This document shows, one piece after another, positions 12,601 to 26,160 of a stretch of 64,000 nt of DNA. This stretch comes from Lama guanicoe. Its lineage: Eukaryota. The DNA lies in NCBI GenBank assembly GCA_013239625.1, contig MU053334.1:631190-695189 (forward strand). The letters are read 5' to 3'. How positions within the stretch are numbered: the stretch's first letter is position 1; every line of letters starts with the position of its first letter. The translations under genes and the position numbers were made by a program. Below the pieces are notes generated by a model. That model saw nothing but the letters and a program-made list of their open reading frames with translations, ran no database searches and had not been told where the DNA came from.

Positions 12601-12992
12601 GGGGCCCTGGTGGCCTGGAAGAATCCCAAGATAGGACATGGTGTGGATGCTAGGAGCCCCTGCGTCCAGGGGCCAGTGACCCGTGAGCAGCAGCACCCAG
12701 GGAGCAGGGACCTCTGAGCTCTCTGCAGGGAATGCCATTTGCTGGTCTGCTCTGGCAGCCTGCAGCCCCCTGCTTTCCCCTGCTCACGTCTCCGGGGAAA
12801 GTGAGGAGCAAGCCCTCGGGCGTTTCCCATCTCTGCTACACCCTCCTGAGGACAAGGCCGGGGCAGCTCGCTGGTTGCACGCTGACCCCGAGGCCTCAGG
12901 ACCCTGACCCTGAGTCGGGGCCCAGGGCCCTGCTGGTCTGAGTGGGCCCTGCAGCTTGGGGCCGGGCCCTCCCCTGGGAAGTCCTGTGGGTA

Positions 12993-13019
12993 GGAGCTGT
13001 CCAGCGCGGTAGTGCTGAA
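12993..13019 (-). promoter_or_regulatory. Non-canonical (8-nt spacer) RE1 site in intron 1
   Basis: Reverse complement TTCAGCACT-accgcgct-GGACAGCTCC. Confidence 0.55.
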
Positions 13020-15840
13020 GCCTGCAGCTTCTGCTCCCCGTGGGGGAGGTGCGGTTAGCAGCTTGTCCTTAAACCTCCCCTGCAGGGAGCAGACCTGTTG
13101 GCGGGGAGGGGTCTGGGGTCTTTGGTGAGTTCCCACACCTGTCTCCCACGTGTGGGACTCTGGTTCCGTGCGGAGGAGGGGGAGCAGGTGTCTGGGTGCT
13201 AAGTGTAATCGGCGGAGGCCCAAGTCCCCCGGGCCCAGCTGCTGTGCTGCTGGGGGAAGCCCTGGTCCCTAGTCCCCTCCTTGGGCAGAAGGAGCTGGTA
13301 GCCAGTTCTCCTGGGGCTGCCTTGGGACAACCTGTGGAGCTCCCTACACACATCGGGTGGGTCCTCTGGGTCTCAAAGTCTGTACCTGTGCCCCCTTCCC
13401 AGGCCTGGGGCACTGGAGGGATTGGGCCTAGATTCAGAAAGCCAGGCCCCCAGCCCCAACCCCAACTAAACTAACCCACCCAAACCACCTTCCTGGGCTA
13501 GCTCGGTGGGGAGGCTGGAGACAGGAGAGGTGGGGAGGGACCGAGGCCGCGGAGGCGGGAGGGAGTGTTGCCTGTGTGTGGGGCAGGGGTGGTGGTGCCT
13601 GGGCTGGGCAGTGGGAAGGGTTAGGTGCTGGCTCATCTCTAGAGGCGAGAGCTCGTCTCAGATTGGAGGTTTGCTGACGCTAAACCCCAAATCCCAGGGG
13701 ATTTATAACTAATCATAAAGTGGCACAGATGGAACATTCTCCAACAGATCCACAGGGCGGACGAGGGCAGCAGTGGACAGACGGGGGCCATGTCGGCTGG
13801 GGCGTGGTGGGGGCGGCTGCAGCTCCTCCGGGTGATGCCCAGTGGCCCCGGGTCTGTGGGCTGGGCCTCCACGTTCCCTTCCAGCGTTGCTGCTGGCCCT
13901 GGCAGAGGCCTTTGTTGTCCTCGGCACTCCCAGAGAGCTTGGCTGCTGACCTCTGTGCCGCCCCAAATCTGCGCCCCTCCCTCCTGGGTCCTTCCACCTG
14001 AGGGGTACTCAGACCTCTGTTCCACAGCCCCTCTTTGGGGTCAGTTGGTCATGGGGCCTCCGACCTCAGGGGCCCTGCTTCATGCTGCACCCTTGCAGCA
14101 CACAGCCTCCTCTGGGCACCTGTGCCCTGCCCTGGGGTCTGCAGGAGGGGATGTGGGAACCACCTCTCTGTGAGGATCCAGACTGATGAGGCAGGGAAGT
14201 TGAACTGAAGGCCATGTCTGGGTGAGGGCCTTCGGGGGACAAGTCTGGGCTGGTCAGTGCTGTGGGCCTCCAGAGATGCTCAGGACCTGGTGGGGGCTGG
14301 GGGGCCAGGGCCCCTTCTGTCCAGGGGGCTTTGGCATCCTGAGTCACGCCAGATGAGTGGCCCTGGTGACAGTCCCACTCTGCCAGGGGCATTCAGGGGG
14401 TCCCGTACTGACTGAGGCCTGGTTTGCCGAAGCTTCCTCGGTGCTGCTGGGGGAGGCGCTGCTCTCCTGGCTGGTGGACACTGGGAGGCACCTCTGGGAA
14501 GTGGGCCGGCATCTGTGCTGGGACAGAGAGACCCAGTGGGCAGCCAGGGTCTGGGGGAGGCTGGCCCCTGGGCCTGTCCATGCCAATCCAGGCTGGGTCT
14601 GAGCTTCCAGCTGCCCACCCTGTGCCTGCTGCTGGAGCGCCTCACCAGGCCTTGGGGAGGAAAGAGGCCCCGTGGGAGCCGTCTGTCCCTGCCTGCAGCC
14701 CTGCAGCAGGTCTGTCTGCTGAGGGACACCTTCAGCACGTGTGTGTCCTCCCTTCACGAGCTCCAAGAGCAGCTGGTGGCCGTGGCACTGTCCCCATCTA
14801 GGCACTGTCATGGGGGCTCTGTGCTTCCTTGCTGGGCCTTGGGAGTTCACCACTTGGGGGAGTCCTGCCGAACCTGCTGGGGGGCTGCAGGCCAGAGCCC
14901 ACCCCGTGGGCTGCCTCTTCTCCTGGAAGCCGAGTGGCCTGTACCCTAGGGGAGCGGTCAGCAGGCCCCAGGAACAGCAAGGGCCTGTGGAGGTCTGTCA
15001 GCTCCTGGCAGCCGGGGTACTTTCTGAGTTGTTGGGGGAGGTGCCTGTGCCCCTCCTCTTTCCGTTTGGGGACCCAGGGCAGGGGGCAGGCCCGACAGCA
15101 GGGTCAACAGAGCAAGAGCCTGGGGACCCCACGCTGGCAGGACAACTGGGGGTCATCTGGTCTGTGTGGTCTCCTGGAGGCCCTGGGCCCGGGATTTCAT
15201 AAACCAGGTCTGTGCCCCGCGGGCCAGCGCCGAGGCCGACCTTGTGCTCGCAGATGGGAAGGAGGCCTGCACCTCGGGAGCACCTTGCCTGCCGTCCCCA
15301 GGAGGGGAGGCAGGCCCCTGCCTGGGCTGAGGGTCGGGGCAGCGGCCCAGGGGATGCCCAGCCAGGCTAGCACGTCAGGGCGGGGCTGCTGTTCTGAGAC
15401 CTCACCATCGGACGACGAGTCCCACCGTCCAGGCCTTCCAGCTGTTCCCCAGGTGCCAGCCCTGAGAGGGGAAGAGGTGGCGGAGGTGGACCTACTGTCT
15501 GGGCTCCGTGATCATGGACAGCTCCGGGCAGGCGGGCCTCCTGGAGACAGTGGGAGGAGCCCAGGGGCTGAGGTGATGGCGGACAGACCGGGGTGATGGG
15601 TGCGGGCAGGCAGGCCGCTGCCTCTCTCCTTCCTCCCTGTCCTTCGGAGAAGCTGCCCGCTGACCGCTAAGCAGGTTCTATTATTACCCTGCGCTGGAGA
15701 TTACGTGCACGCCGGTTCCCTTCTGCAGACGGGCAGCCTCTCCAGGCACCTGACCCCAGCTGGGCCGGGGCTCGGGGCCCCAGGCCTGTTTCCCACTTCC
15801 TGCAGTTACAGGTTCCCGCAGGCAGCGTATGCACCTGTTC

Positions 15841-15865
15841 GTCTGTCTGTCTGTCTGTCTGTCTG
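15841..15865. repeat. (GTCT)n microsatellite
   Basis: gtctgtctgtctgtctgtctgtctg. Confidence 0.9.
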
Positions 15866-18800
15866 AGGGCCTGGGGCAGGAGCTTGCTTCTCTGGGGCTT
15901 GATGCCCTGCCTGAGCCCCCGGGGTCAGTTGGGGGCAGCCCGCACATGGCCTGCTGGGCCAGCACCTTGGTGTCCATCTCTTGTCCAGCACTGGCTGGGC
16001 CCTTGGGTAGCCCCAGCAGCCTCCTCAGCCCCCGGCTCCCCCAGATTAGGCACCCGCCACATTCAGCTCTCAAAGCTCCACAGTCGGGGCACGCCGTGGG
16101 ACGGAGGAGGAAGTGGGCCCCAGGGCTCACCGGCAGCCAGCAGCCAGCACCCAGCAGGTTCCAGGCACTGTGCTGCCAGCCCAGCCCCTTCCTGCAGAGC
16201 CGTGCTGTGCTGCCGGGGACCCCTGACCCAGGCGAGCTGGAGAGCTGGTCTCCTGGGTCGAGTCTAGGATGAGGCCCAGCTCCTAACCCCACGAGCGGAG
16301 TGGGACATGGGCTTGTTGTCTCTGAGAAGGATGGGACACGCGGCCATCCCAGTGGTTGGGGACCCAAGTCAGCAGGTAGTTTTTAAAATGTGGGTTGGTT
16401 TTTTTTATGCTAAATCCAGACTTCACAGTGCGGAGTAGTCCTGTGCTGTCCCCCCCCAACATGGGGACAGGAGGTCTTGGTCATAGCTCAGAGGGGGCAG
16501 CCGTCCCTCCGCCCTGCCCTCCTGTTCCTTCCTGCCCTGCCCACAGGGCCGCAGGAGCCCACGAGGCCTCCCAGGCCGACCCTGGCAGTCTTCCCAGGTG
16601 TGCTGGGCTGGGGGTGGCTGGTGGCCACAGGTGGGTGGGCTCTGCCCTCCTCTGCTTGACCACAGGCTTGCCGGCAGATGAGGGGCCCCCCTGCACAAGG
16701 CTTTGCTGTGTCCTTTGCTGTGTCTTGTGTCGGGGCGGGGTGCAGCCAGGAAGCAGGCCCGGATGAGGGGCGTCCAGCCACTGGCATCTGGTCATCCGTA
16801 GCTCCTGCCCCACGGGGTGCAGGCTGAGGGGAGGCCTAGGGCTTCCGGGCCTGGCTTCGTGTGTGAGGGTCCTCCATGCCTGGCAGGTGTGTGGAGTTAC
16901 ACAAGGCTGCGTCTGCCAGCAGAGAGGCTGTGGTTGTGTGTGCGTGTGTGCGTGTGTGCGTGTGCATGGTGACAGGTGGAGATCCCTCGGGCCTCCCAGG
17001 GCGCCCTGGCCTCATCACCGAGGCAACCTCATCACCACCCCTGGGGCCTGGCGGTGGGTTGAGCAGAAAGGGGGAAAGGTGGGCAGGTCCAGTGCTTGCT
17101 GCTGAAGCCCCCTGGGGCCTGGCCTTGAGGCTCCCTACCTCTGCTGGGGGCCCCTCCTCTTCCCCCACTAGGCACGGGGTCGACTCTGAGTCGCTTCTGC
17201 TGGCCACCACCGCTCTGTCCCTCCACTGCCTGCCCCACCCCACACCCCCACCCATCCCTGGGGGCTGGACAGCTGCTGGCTGGGACACTGCCGCCCGGGG
17301 CACTGTTGCCTGCGGTGCCTCTGGTCACACCGCTGCATCCACACTGCGGGTGTGACCCTCGTCCTCCTGGATTCCAGCCTCCTTGGACCCGGGGCTCCTT
17401 GTGTGCGGGACCCCACACCCTTCCCTTGCTCTGCTGTGGTACCCCCACCCACACCCTCTGCCGCCTGTTCCCCACCAGCCGCTGACCCCGCCCCTTCCTG
17501 GGTCCCTCAGACCAGCCACGCTCCTTCCTGCGGGCGTTTGGCTGGCGACCCCAGCACCAGCCCCAAGTCTTAAGGCTCCTGAAACTAGGTCGTCAGCTTA
17601 AAAAAAATACAATTTACCAGATTGAATTACTGAAGACTTACTGAATTCAATCAGAATGTTCCATTGGGCTAATTTTACAGTATTGAACTGATAAAACAGT
17701 TAATAAAAACCTAATGTCACTTGCCACCACTGGAACTAGAGCCGTGACGCCTGCTCGCCCACCTCTGGGAAGGTCCGCTCCTGCAGAAGGACTTCCCAGC
17801 GAGAGTGGGCGGCGGCTCCGGGCAGGGAGGGCGGAAAGGGGGCCCAGCCAGCTGTTTGCTGTTGCTGCACCCAGCGCAACCCAGGTTGACGGTTTCATAG
17901 CACTTGTGGCTCCCGGACGAGGCTGCGGGTCCCCTCGGGGCGCTGGCCTCTCCCTCCGCCTTCTCTCATGGGGGGCCCTGTGGCTCTTAGTTCGGGCCTC
18001 CCAGTGTCTGGGGCTCCTGCCTTTAGGAAGTGGTGCTGAAGGAACAGTAGGTGGGTGCCCCTTGGGGAAGCTTGCTGGGCAGTGGGCTTTCTGTGGCATG
18101 GCCGAGGGAGGCCCCGGTGGGCCCCACTGTGTCTGGGAGCCCACCCTGGAGGTCGGAACAGTGGTGCCCATGGTTTGGACGTCAGCCAGGGGACCTTGGC
18201 TGAGGGAGGAGTGCCCACCTTTCTGCCCCCACTGCAGGGTGGGCAGGCTTGTGTGGGGGCTCCCGGAGGGGTAGGAGGAAGGGGTGGGGGGAGTGGGAGG
18301 CGTGCCCTGTTGCAGTTGCCATGACAGCCATGCTGGGGCTGGGTGCATTGATTCTGGGGACCCTGCACCCCACCAGTGTCCTGCTGGCTGCCCAGGAAGG
18401 AAGCCACAGCCTCCCCGCCCTCTCCCTCCAGCCTCAGTGTGGGGGATCTGCAGTGGCCCTCAGTGAGCGGCTGGGGCCTCCAATGCTTCTGTCCTTGCAG
18501 CCCTGCCCATGGCCCACACCCACCTTGACCCCACTCATCCACAGCCCTCAGTGAGTCTCACATTGTGGTGGGATGGAGTCCAGTGTCCTGGACACAGCCT
18601 GGTGGAAGGGTACCAGGGCAGCAGCCCTTGGAAAGGGCTGGGGTGTACGCTGAGCTGTCCTCGCCCTGGGATGTGGGGCCACTGGGCAGAGCGGCAGGAC
18701 AGAGGGAGGGCCGGTGCCCTCTTGCCCCTGCGGCCCCCGCCACTCTGCCTTGAGCGCACCCTGGCTCCCCCGCTCCCAGGCCCTGCGCCTGAACCGCTGT

Positions 18801-21800
18801 GGCCCCGCTGGGAACTCACACGTCCCAGGCCTGTACGAGGCCCCGCCCCCTCGGGCCTGGCTGGCCTCGTGGGGCTCCCGTCTGGCTGTGTTGGGCATTT
18901 GTGTTTCCTTGAGAATTGCCGGTCTCATCACGGACTTTGGTGGCTTTCTAGAGGAGCTGGTCGGCTGTCACTCACGGGGACCAGGTCCACCGGGCTTGTC
19001 CTTCCGTCCAGGGAGTGGGGTGCTCTGAGTCCCTTCCAGCGGAGGTACCGCCGGGCGATTCCGTTGACGGGGACCCCCAGGGAAGGAGGAGGGCGGGGTG
19101 ATGGGCGAGGACGCCTGGCTGGGGGAAGTGGGCGTGCCCCGATTGCGATGCCCAGGCAGAAGCTCTGAGGTCCCTTCGGTCTCTGGGCATCGCGTACACC
19201 CGTGGAGCAGGTGCAAGGGGAGGCTGCCAGGGCTCGGAAAATGTGAGGAGAAAGAAAACCCTGGGCTTGGCCCCTGCCCTGGGCTGTGTGCGGTCGCCTG
19301 CTCTGCTGCTCAGATGCCTCTGGGCAGGTCACTGGACCTCTCGGAGCCTGGAGCCCTTGTTGTGAGGGGCAGTCATGGTGTCTGCCTGGCAGAGGTATGA
19401 GAGCTGCATGTGGGGGAGTGTCGTGTTTTAACGGAGCGCTGACGACGTGGTGGCTGCAGCCATGCGCCTTCCTGTCGCCGTGACAGCCGTGACTGCTGGG
19501 CGTCCTCAGCTGGCCCCGGCCAGTGGAGTGTGTTGGTCGCGTTTATTCTCGGTGGTCCCCCAGGTCTATATGGAGTTGACTGAGGCAGCACGTGTAGGGG
19601 AGCTGCCTGCCAGGCACTGCCCCCTGGCTAGCCAGGATCCCTGGGGCCATGCCTGCCTCACGGTGGGCCCGGGGTGGGCAGGTTGCCTCCTGGACGTGCT
19701 TTTTGGGTTGGGCTGGCAGGCCAGGGCCTCCTTGGTGGGGACACAGCAGGGGAGGTGGATCAGGGACCAGACAGGTCCCTGGCCGTTCCCCAGTGCAGGA
19801 CGGGGCTGGCACCGTGGTGGAGGCCAGAGGGGGTCTCTGGGGGCTGGAGTCGGGGTGCTTTGCCTGGCCTTTTGTGCAGGAGGCAGGTGTGAGCTGGGCT
19901 GAGGCTGGGCCCGCTGCTGGGGGCAGAGGGGCTCAAAAGCCAGTTGGGGCTGCAGCCAGAGGCGTGCTCTGATCCCAGGGCCCAGCTGAAGAGAGCGGGA
20001 AGGAAGGGGGTGGGGAGAGCGCTGTGCCCCTGCCTCTCAGCTCCTGTCGTCATGGCAACAGATGGTGGTTTGGCAGGAGAGAGGGGGGAGGGCTTTGTAT
20101 GCGGAGGCTCAGGGTTTCGAGACCAGCTGGGATCCTTCAGGAATGGGGTGGGGGCTCTGGCCTCCAGGCTGAGCTTGCCCCTCCCCTGGGCCCCAGAGCA
20201 GCCCCAGGTCCACGGGCAGGTTTCAGATGCAAGCTCGAGTCTGAGCCCCCTTTCTGAGTGTCAGCCCCGACCGGCTCACAGTGGCTGGCCCGCCCTGCCT
20301 CTCTTTTCCTCCTCTCTCTTCCCACCCCTGGCCCGAAGGACAGGTTGGAAAGAGGCCAGTGGCCCACCTGGACACCCCACCAGCCCAGGTCAGCGGGCAC
20401 AGGGGCAAGTGGCAAGGATAGGGCCGCAGCTGGGCAGTGGGCCTGGCTCTGCCCCCCGCCCTGGGGTTGGGGAGGAAGCCTGGGTGGAGCATAGCAGCCT
20501 CACCTCTGTACGGCCGCTGACCACAGAGGTGCCCACCACGGGGCACCGTGCCAGGATGGTCCTGTCCCAGCCAGCAGCCCCCCTGCCCTCTGCTACCGGG
20601 GAGGGCCTGGGCTTTCCAGGGTGCTCCCTTGAGCCTGCCCCTCACCCCTCACCCCTCACCCCGGCTCCCTCTCTCCCATTGCACCTACCCGCTTCTCTTC
20701 CAGACCAGGCTGGTGTTCCCTGCAGGCAGCTTCCCAGCCTGCGGGCTCAGTCCAGGCTCTGCCCTGCTCGCTCCCCATGAGTGTGAGCCCACGTGCCTGT
20801 GCTAGCGTGAGTCTGTGTGTGTGCAGGAATGTAAGAGGGTTCTCCCGTCCTCACCCCCGTGGGGATGGCCCTGTGCACGTCCGTCAGCACCAGGTGAGCC
20901 GCGCTGTGGGCTCCCAGGTGGGGGTGTGGGCACCTGAGATGAGTCTTGGGGCCTGGTGCCGCCCACCATGTGGGTGAGGAGGTTTTGAGATACCTACTGA
21001 GGCTTGGGAACCCCAGCCCGGGCTGCTGCAAGGACAGACTCATCAACCCAGTCTGGCCTCAAGGCCCCACATTTGCATATCCCACCCTGCCCCCAACAAG
21101 CACACAACACAGCTCAGAGTGGGATGGGGGGCATGGGCAGGAGCCGCCTCTACCCCAGTCCCGGAGACGGGACCCTCCTGCTGCCCCACCCACAGGGCAC
21201 CTACTGCTTTTGCTGAATACGGGAGGGAGTGTTGGGAGTGTCCGTGGGCCAGCTTGTGGCCACGCCCGGGGGAGCCTTCCCCACTGGCCTCACTGGGAAG
21301 GTTGGCAGCATGGTGCTGGGACTGGTTTCTTGGAGGCGTCTTGGCTCCCAGGGCTCAGGCCTATGCCAGGGTCTCAGGCTAGAGCGGGCGGGCACCCCGG
21401 GCCTGCCCTGGAGTCGCTGTGCTGGCCCCAGTGCCCTGTGAGCACCTCTGGGAACCCTGGTCTATCACCGGCACCCTGGCCGTGCCTTCCTGCAGCCTTC
21501 AGCTCATTGCCTCTACAGAGCTTCCCCTGGTAAATGCCCACCACCCATTCTCATGAGCCCGGGGACCCCACCTCCTCCTCCCTCCCCTGCAGTTCCTTGC
21601 CCCAGGCCCAACCCCCTGGGATCCTTTCTCAGGAGCAGATTCCCTGTCAGGGGCCTTGAGTGGGTGCTGGGGGAAGACTGACCCACCTTGGGAGGCCTGG
21701 GGCTCCTGCAGGGCCAGGGCAGCAGGAGGCCTGGGGCCTGGTAGGAGGTCCCCTCACAGGAGGGTCCCTGAGGCCCAGACTTCAGGCTCTGGTTGCGGGA

Positions 21801-23888
21801 TGTCATGTGTGTGCATGTAGGCGAGTCTTTCTGTGAAGGTGGGCTCTCCAGGCCCCTCCCAGAGTTATCCAGAAGCAGAGGGTGGGGTGGAGGTGGGCAG
21901 AGCAGAGCCGGGGCCAGGGGCAGAGTAGCTGGAGTATGGGGCGAGCTGGGCCCCTGCCCATGCGCCTAGGACCCCTGCAGTGGCCTCCTCCAGGGCACCT
22001 TCCCAGGCAGGGGGCCTCAGAGTGGACACACGGGACCTGTCCCCCAGGGTAGAGAGTGAGCCAGGGAAGCCGGGGACCTCGGGCTGCTGGCTCCTTCCTG
22101 TCTGCCCTGTGCCCCGTGGTGGGGGCACTGTGTTGGTCTCTGCTTCTGGGATCCCGTCCTGGGCAACGGGGCCTTTAGAGGCCGGCCTCAGCACGCCTGC
22201 AGCCAGGGCTGGGGGTGGTTGTCCCGTCCCCTGGTGGGGTAGGCTTGGCTGGGGTGGGGTGGGCGTGCACCCCAGGCACTGCCCCCCTGCAGGCCTCTGG
22301 GGGAGGTGGGGAAGTGGGAAGGACTCATGGGTCAGCCCAGGCCCTGGGGGTGGGCACAGCTCACCTGCCCTTTTCCCAGAGGTCATTCCCAGAGCCTGGC
22401 CAGCATCTGCTGTGTTCCCACCCTCCCCCCGGGGAGGTGGTTGGTGGCAAAGAGCAGCTGTCAGGCCGGTGGGGAGCCAGCGAATTCTGTGGCTTGGCAA
22501 AACCCTACTTTCTGGGACGACCTGGATTTGATTGTTTTCAATTTAAGAAAACTGTTCCTGGAAGTCGGGGGAGGGGGCAGGCCAGATCTGGCCCGAGTTT
22601 GGGGTGAGGCCACTGAACCATGAGTCTTGGGGCAGCCAGGCCGGGCCAGGGAGCCCAGTGCAGCCCCGTAAGGCATGAGACCATGGGGCCCCAAGGCCGT
22701 CCTCCCCAGCCAGCACGCTCTCTCTTCCATGTGTTGACATCTGCCCCCAACCCAGTGGGTTGGTCCCAGCCCCCAGCTCCCCAGTGGAGCCCCCCAAATC
22801 AGGGGGGAGCAGGCACAGGGTGTCTGGGGCCTGTGGTGCTGGAGCCTGAGCCCTGTCTGGAGGGGGGTCCCCACACTGTCCCACCATCCTGTCCCCTGAC
22901 CCCACGAATCCAAGTTGGTGCCTCCCTGGGCAGAGCAGGTGGGGGCCAGGAGCAGGGGGTCCTGCTGCACCCCTCACTCCACCAGCTCCTCCCTCTCTTT
23001 GGGGACACCCATGGTGGAGGAGCTGGCAGCTGAGACTCCTGGGAAGGTATAGGCCACCCTGCCCAGCACCCTGACTGCTGGTCCCAGCCTTGGCTGTAGG
23101 CAGGGAGAAGGATGTGACCACCTAGGGTGGGCTCAGGGAGACCAAAGCCAAGGATCGCCCTGGCCAGTGGTCAGCGCCACAGGGCAGAGGGCTAGGGCCA
23201 CCCTTGGGGGCCTGGATGTGAGTCGGGCTGCCCGTGACGGCGGCTCCTGGTCACCTGCCCCACCCCTGCTGGGCCCCTTGGGGAATGGCCCCTCCTGGGG
23301 ACCGGTGCCCACCTCGCATCTGGAGCCCCAGAGAGGGCTGCTTTACCGTTCTTCGTGTGACAGAAGAACATCTGACAGTCATCAGTCGTGGTAACAGCTG
23401 TTTTTCTTGACCTGTCCTTTAGTTCTACAACAATTATCATTGATTAATTTAATTCATTTAAAAAGAAGACTTTGCTTTCATATTCAAAGATATGAAATAC
23501 GTTTCGTGTATGAACCAAGATTTAAGCTTAACAAAAACATCACAGCCTGCAGCTCACCCTGTGGCATTGTTTTGAGTTGTGAACAAAGGGGCCGCCCCAG
23601 GTCCGAGTCACTCGCGGTGTCCCGGCGCGGCGTGCCAGAGCTGTCCTCCTGAGGGGGTCGGCGTGCGTGTCAGGCCGTCCGGGGCCCTGGGGCCCCGGGG
23701 TTCAAGGCCTCGTCCTCTGTGGAGATGCAGTGCTGGCTGTGGCTTCCACACACAGGACGGAGACTCACCTGCGAGCGCCGACTGGGACGTGGATGATGAC
23801 AGACTGTGTCTTGGGGGAGGGTGTTGATTTTACCCCTGACGTTGTTTGGAATCACTGGTGCGCGGGATAAAAAGCAAACTGGGTTCTT

Positions 23889-24460
23889 CTTTTTTGTGAA
23901 TTGAAGTGAAATTCACATAACGTGAAGGGAACCATTTAAAGTGAACAGTTCAGTGGCGTTTGGCACGTTCACTGTGCTGTGCAGTCCCCACCTCTGTCCA
24001 GCTCCAGAACGTTGTCATCCCACAAAGGACCCTGGTGTCCACAAGGAGTCACCCGATCCCCCTGCCCCGCCCCTGGCAAGCGCTAATCTGCTTTCTATCC
24101 CCGTGGGTTTGTCTGTTGTGGACATTTCGTAGACACGGAATTGGTTCATACACGGAATTGTCCACATGTGGCCCTCTGTGTCTGGTTTCGTGTGGCAGAA
24201 GATCCTCAAGGTTCACCCTGGTTGTAACCTGCGCCAGCATCTCCTTCCCCTCAGAGGCTGCATGATGTTCTGTCGTGTGGATGGATCGCTTTTTTTATGT
24301 TCTTCCACAACGGGCATGTGGGCTGGCTGTGCCTTTGGCAGCTGTGAATGCTGTATGCAGGTGTGTTTGAGTCCTTGCTTTCGCCTTCTTTGGGGACACG
24401 TGTAGGAATGGTAACTGTTTGGTTTAATTATTTGAAGAACGGCCAGACTGCTACCCAGTG
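23889..24460 (-). mobile_element. LINE-1 3' end remnant (L1MB-like)
   Basis: T-tract then aattcacataac...accatttaaagtgaacagttcagtggc...ccctggcaagcgctaatctgctttctat...ggacatttc, typical of an antisense L1MB 3'UTR. Confidence 0.8.
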
Positions 24461-25303
24461 GACCCAATTTTAGTGTATTTTTGCTGTATTTAAGTCTCCG
24501 TAAGCAGGGCACCCCCGATTGCCTCCCCTGCCCATTGGGCCGCTCCCTCTGCCCGCCCCACCCTCGACACACCACTGCCCATCCTTCCTCTGCAGAGTTT
24601 ACTAGAAGTGGGTGTGACTCACCCACGTCTGCGATGCTCACAGGTGGTCCTGGTGGGGGCTCCGTGGGGTGCTGCCTCCCCGCTGCTCTGGGCTCCCGCG
24701 TGGCCCACGGCCTCCTTTGGCCACTGTCACCTGGAAGGCAGCTGTGGGAGCTCTGAGCACCTGGCCTTGGGCTCTCGGTACTTCTGTTCTGTGTCTTAGT
24801 TTTTACCGATTTGCAAAAGTTGAAGGTTTTGAAGTCCGTTGCCGGCTAGGACCCAGAACAACACGATGGCCAGAGTTGGCTCCTGGTTCCCGAGGCAGCC
24901 CTGAGCCTCGATCAGCACACGGGCCACAGTGTGGCCCCCGAGGACAAGAGGCTACACCCTTTGCTTTGCACTGCTTTTGGAGGTGAGTTCACACCTCAGG
25001 GTCTTGATGGGTCATGCTGGCAATCCTGGTGCCCTCTGAATCCGCCATTCCCCGCCACCCCGCCTCGTGGTAGGTAGCTGGGGTCCTTCCCAGGTTGTCC
25101 CTGGCTTCTTTGTACCTGCAGATAACACCGTAAACTCCTATCTTGTTCTATTAGTTCTAGCAGAATTGCTTCTCTTTTCTCTGGTCTTCGCCTCTCCCTC
25201 CCTCCCGTGCTCCTTTCTGATAGCTACTTTTACCTTTCTCTTTCTTTCTTTCTTTCTCTTTTTTATAGAACAGTATTTCTGTCTGGCCTTCTGGTTTGAC
25301 TGT

Positions 25304-25396
25304 TGGTTGACTCTCAAAAGTGAAAAGTCATTAAGAGGGTTTCCGTAACTGTCAGCATGGAGATGTCATTCAGTGCTGGGCCGGGTAGTGTGCCAG
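25304..25396 (+). repeat. 93-bp dispersed direct repeat, copy 1
   Basis: Identical to 27630-27722 except catgg/cacgg. Confidence 0.95.
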
Positions 25397-25699
25397 GATT
25401 CCCGGGCCTGGTGGGTGGCGCTGGAGTCAGGTGACCCATTTGAAAAAAGCTGTGCCCACCCACCCACTTGGCAGTTCAGCTCTGAGACCTGGCTTTTAAG
25501 GAGTTGGGAAAATCGGGGGTTTCAAAGTCCGTCGAGTTGACTCTCTTTTCCGACACATTCCATTTGCATCCATGACTTGCTTGAAGAGTCCTTTGATTTT
25601 CCTGGAGTTCCCAGTTGCCTTCCTTTTTCCATTGCACTGTTTACTGTAAACTCGTCACATGTACATATGGGCGGGCCGCACATTCTGCCAAGGCCCCCG

Positions 25700-26160
25700 T
25701 TTGTCGCGATAACCTCCTTCCCAGAGCCCTCTGTCCTGCTCCAGACTGCCGTCTTTCTGGTCTGTGGCCTCCCTTTGTCAGGTGCTGTTTCCTGTTGTTC
25801 TCGGTGTTCTCAGTTTAGCAGTGGCGTGCCTCTGTGTGGTTTTCTGTGTTTCTGTCCTCCTTTTGGGGCAGTGGGCCCATGGATCCATGGGCTGATGCGT
25901 CTAGTGTGTTGCAGGCAGTGCATGAGTATTATCTCTTGCATCTTCAGCCCTGTCCCCTCTTCCTTGTCCCCTCTCCCCTCCTCCTCTGGGACTCCAGTCA
26001 CCAGCGTGTCCCACTGCTGGGTGCTGCGCCCAGGTCTCCGACGTGCCGTTCGGCTCGTCTGTCTCTTCATCGCTCTGCTTCCCTTGACCTGTCTTCGATT
26101 TCACTGGTCCTCTCTTCTGTCGTGTCTAGTCTGTGTCTGTTGGCTGAGGCTCCTCTAGAG
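25700..26160 (-). mobile_element. Old LINE-1 ORF1-region remnant
   Basis: ...tcctctgggactccagtcac...ttgacctgtcttcgatttcactggtcctctcttctg.. resembles antisense L1M ORF1; bounds approximate. Confidence 0.55.
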
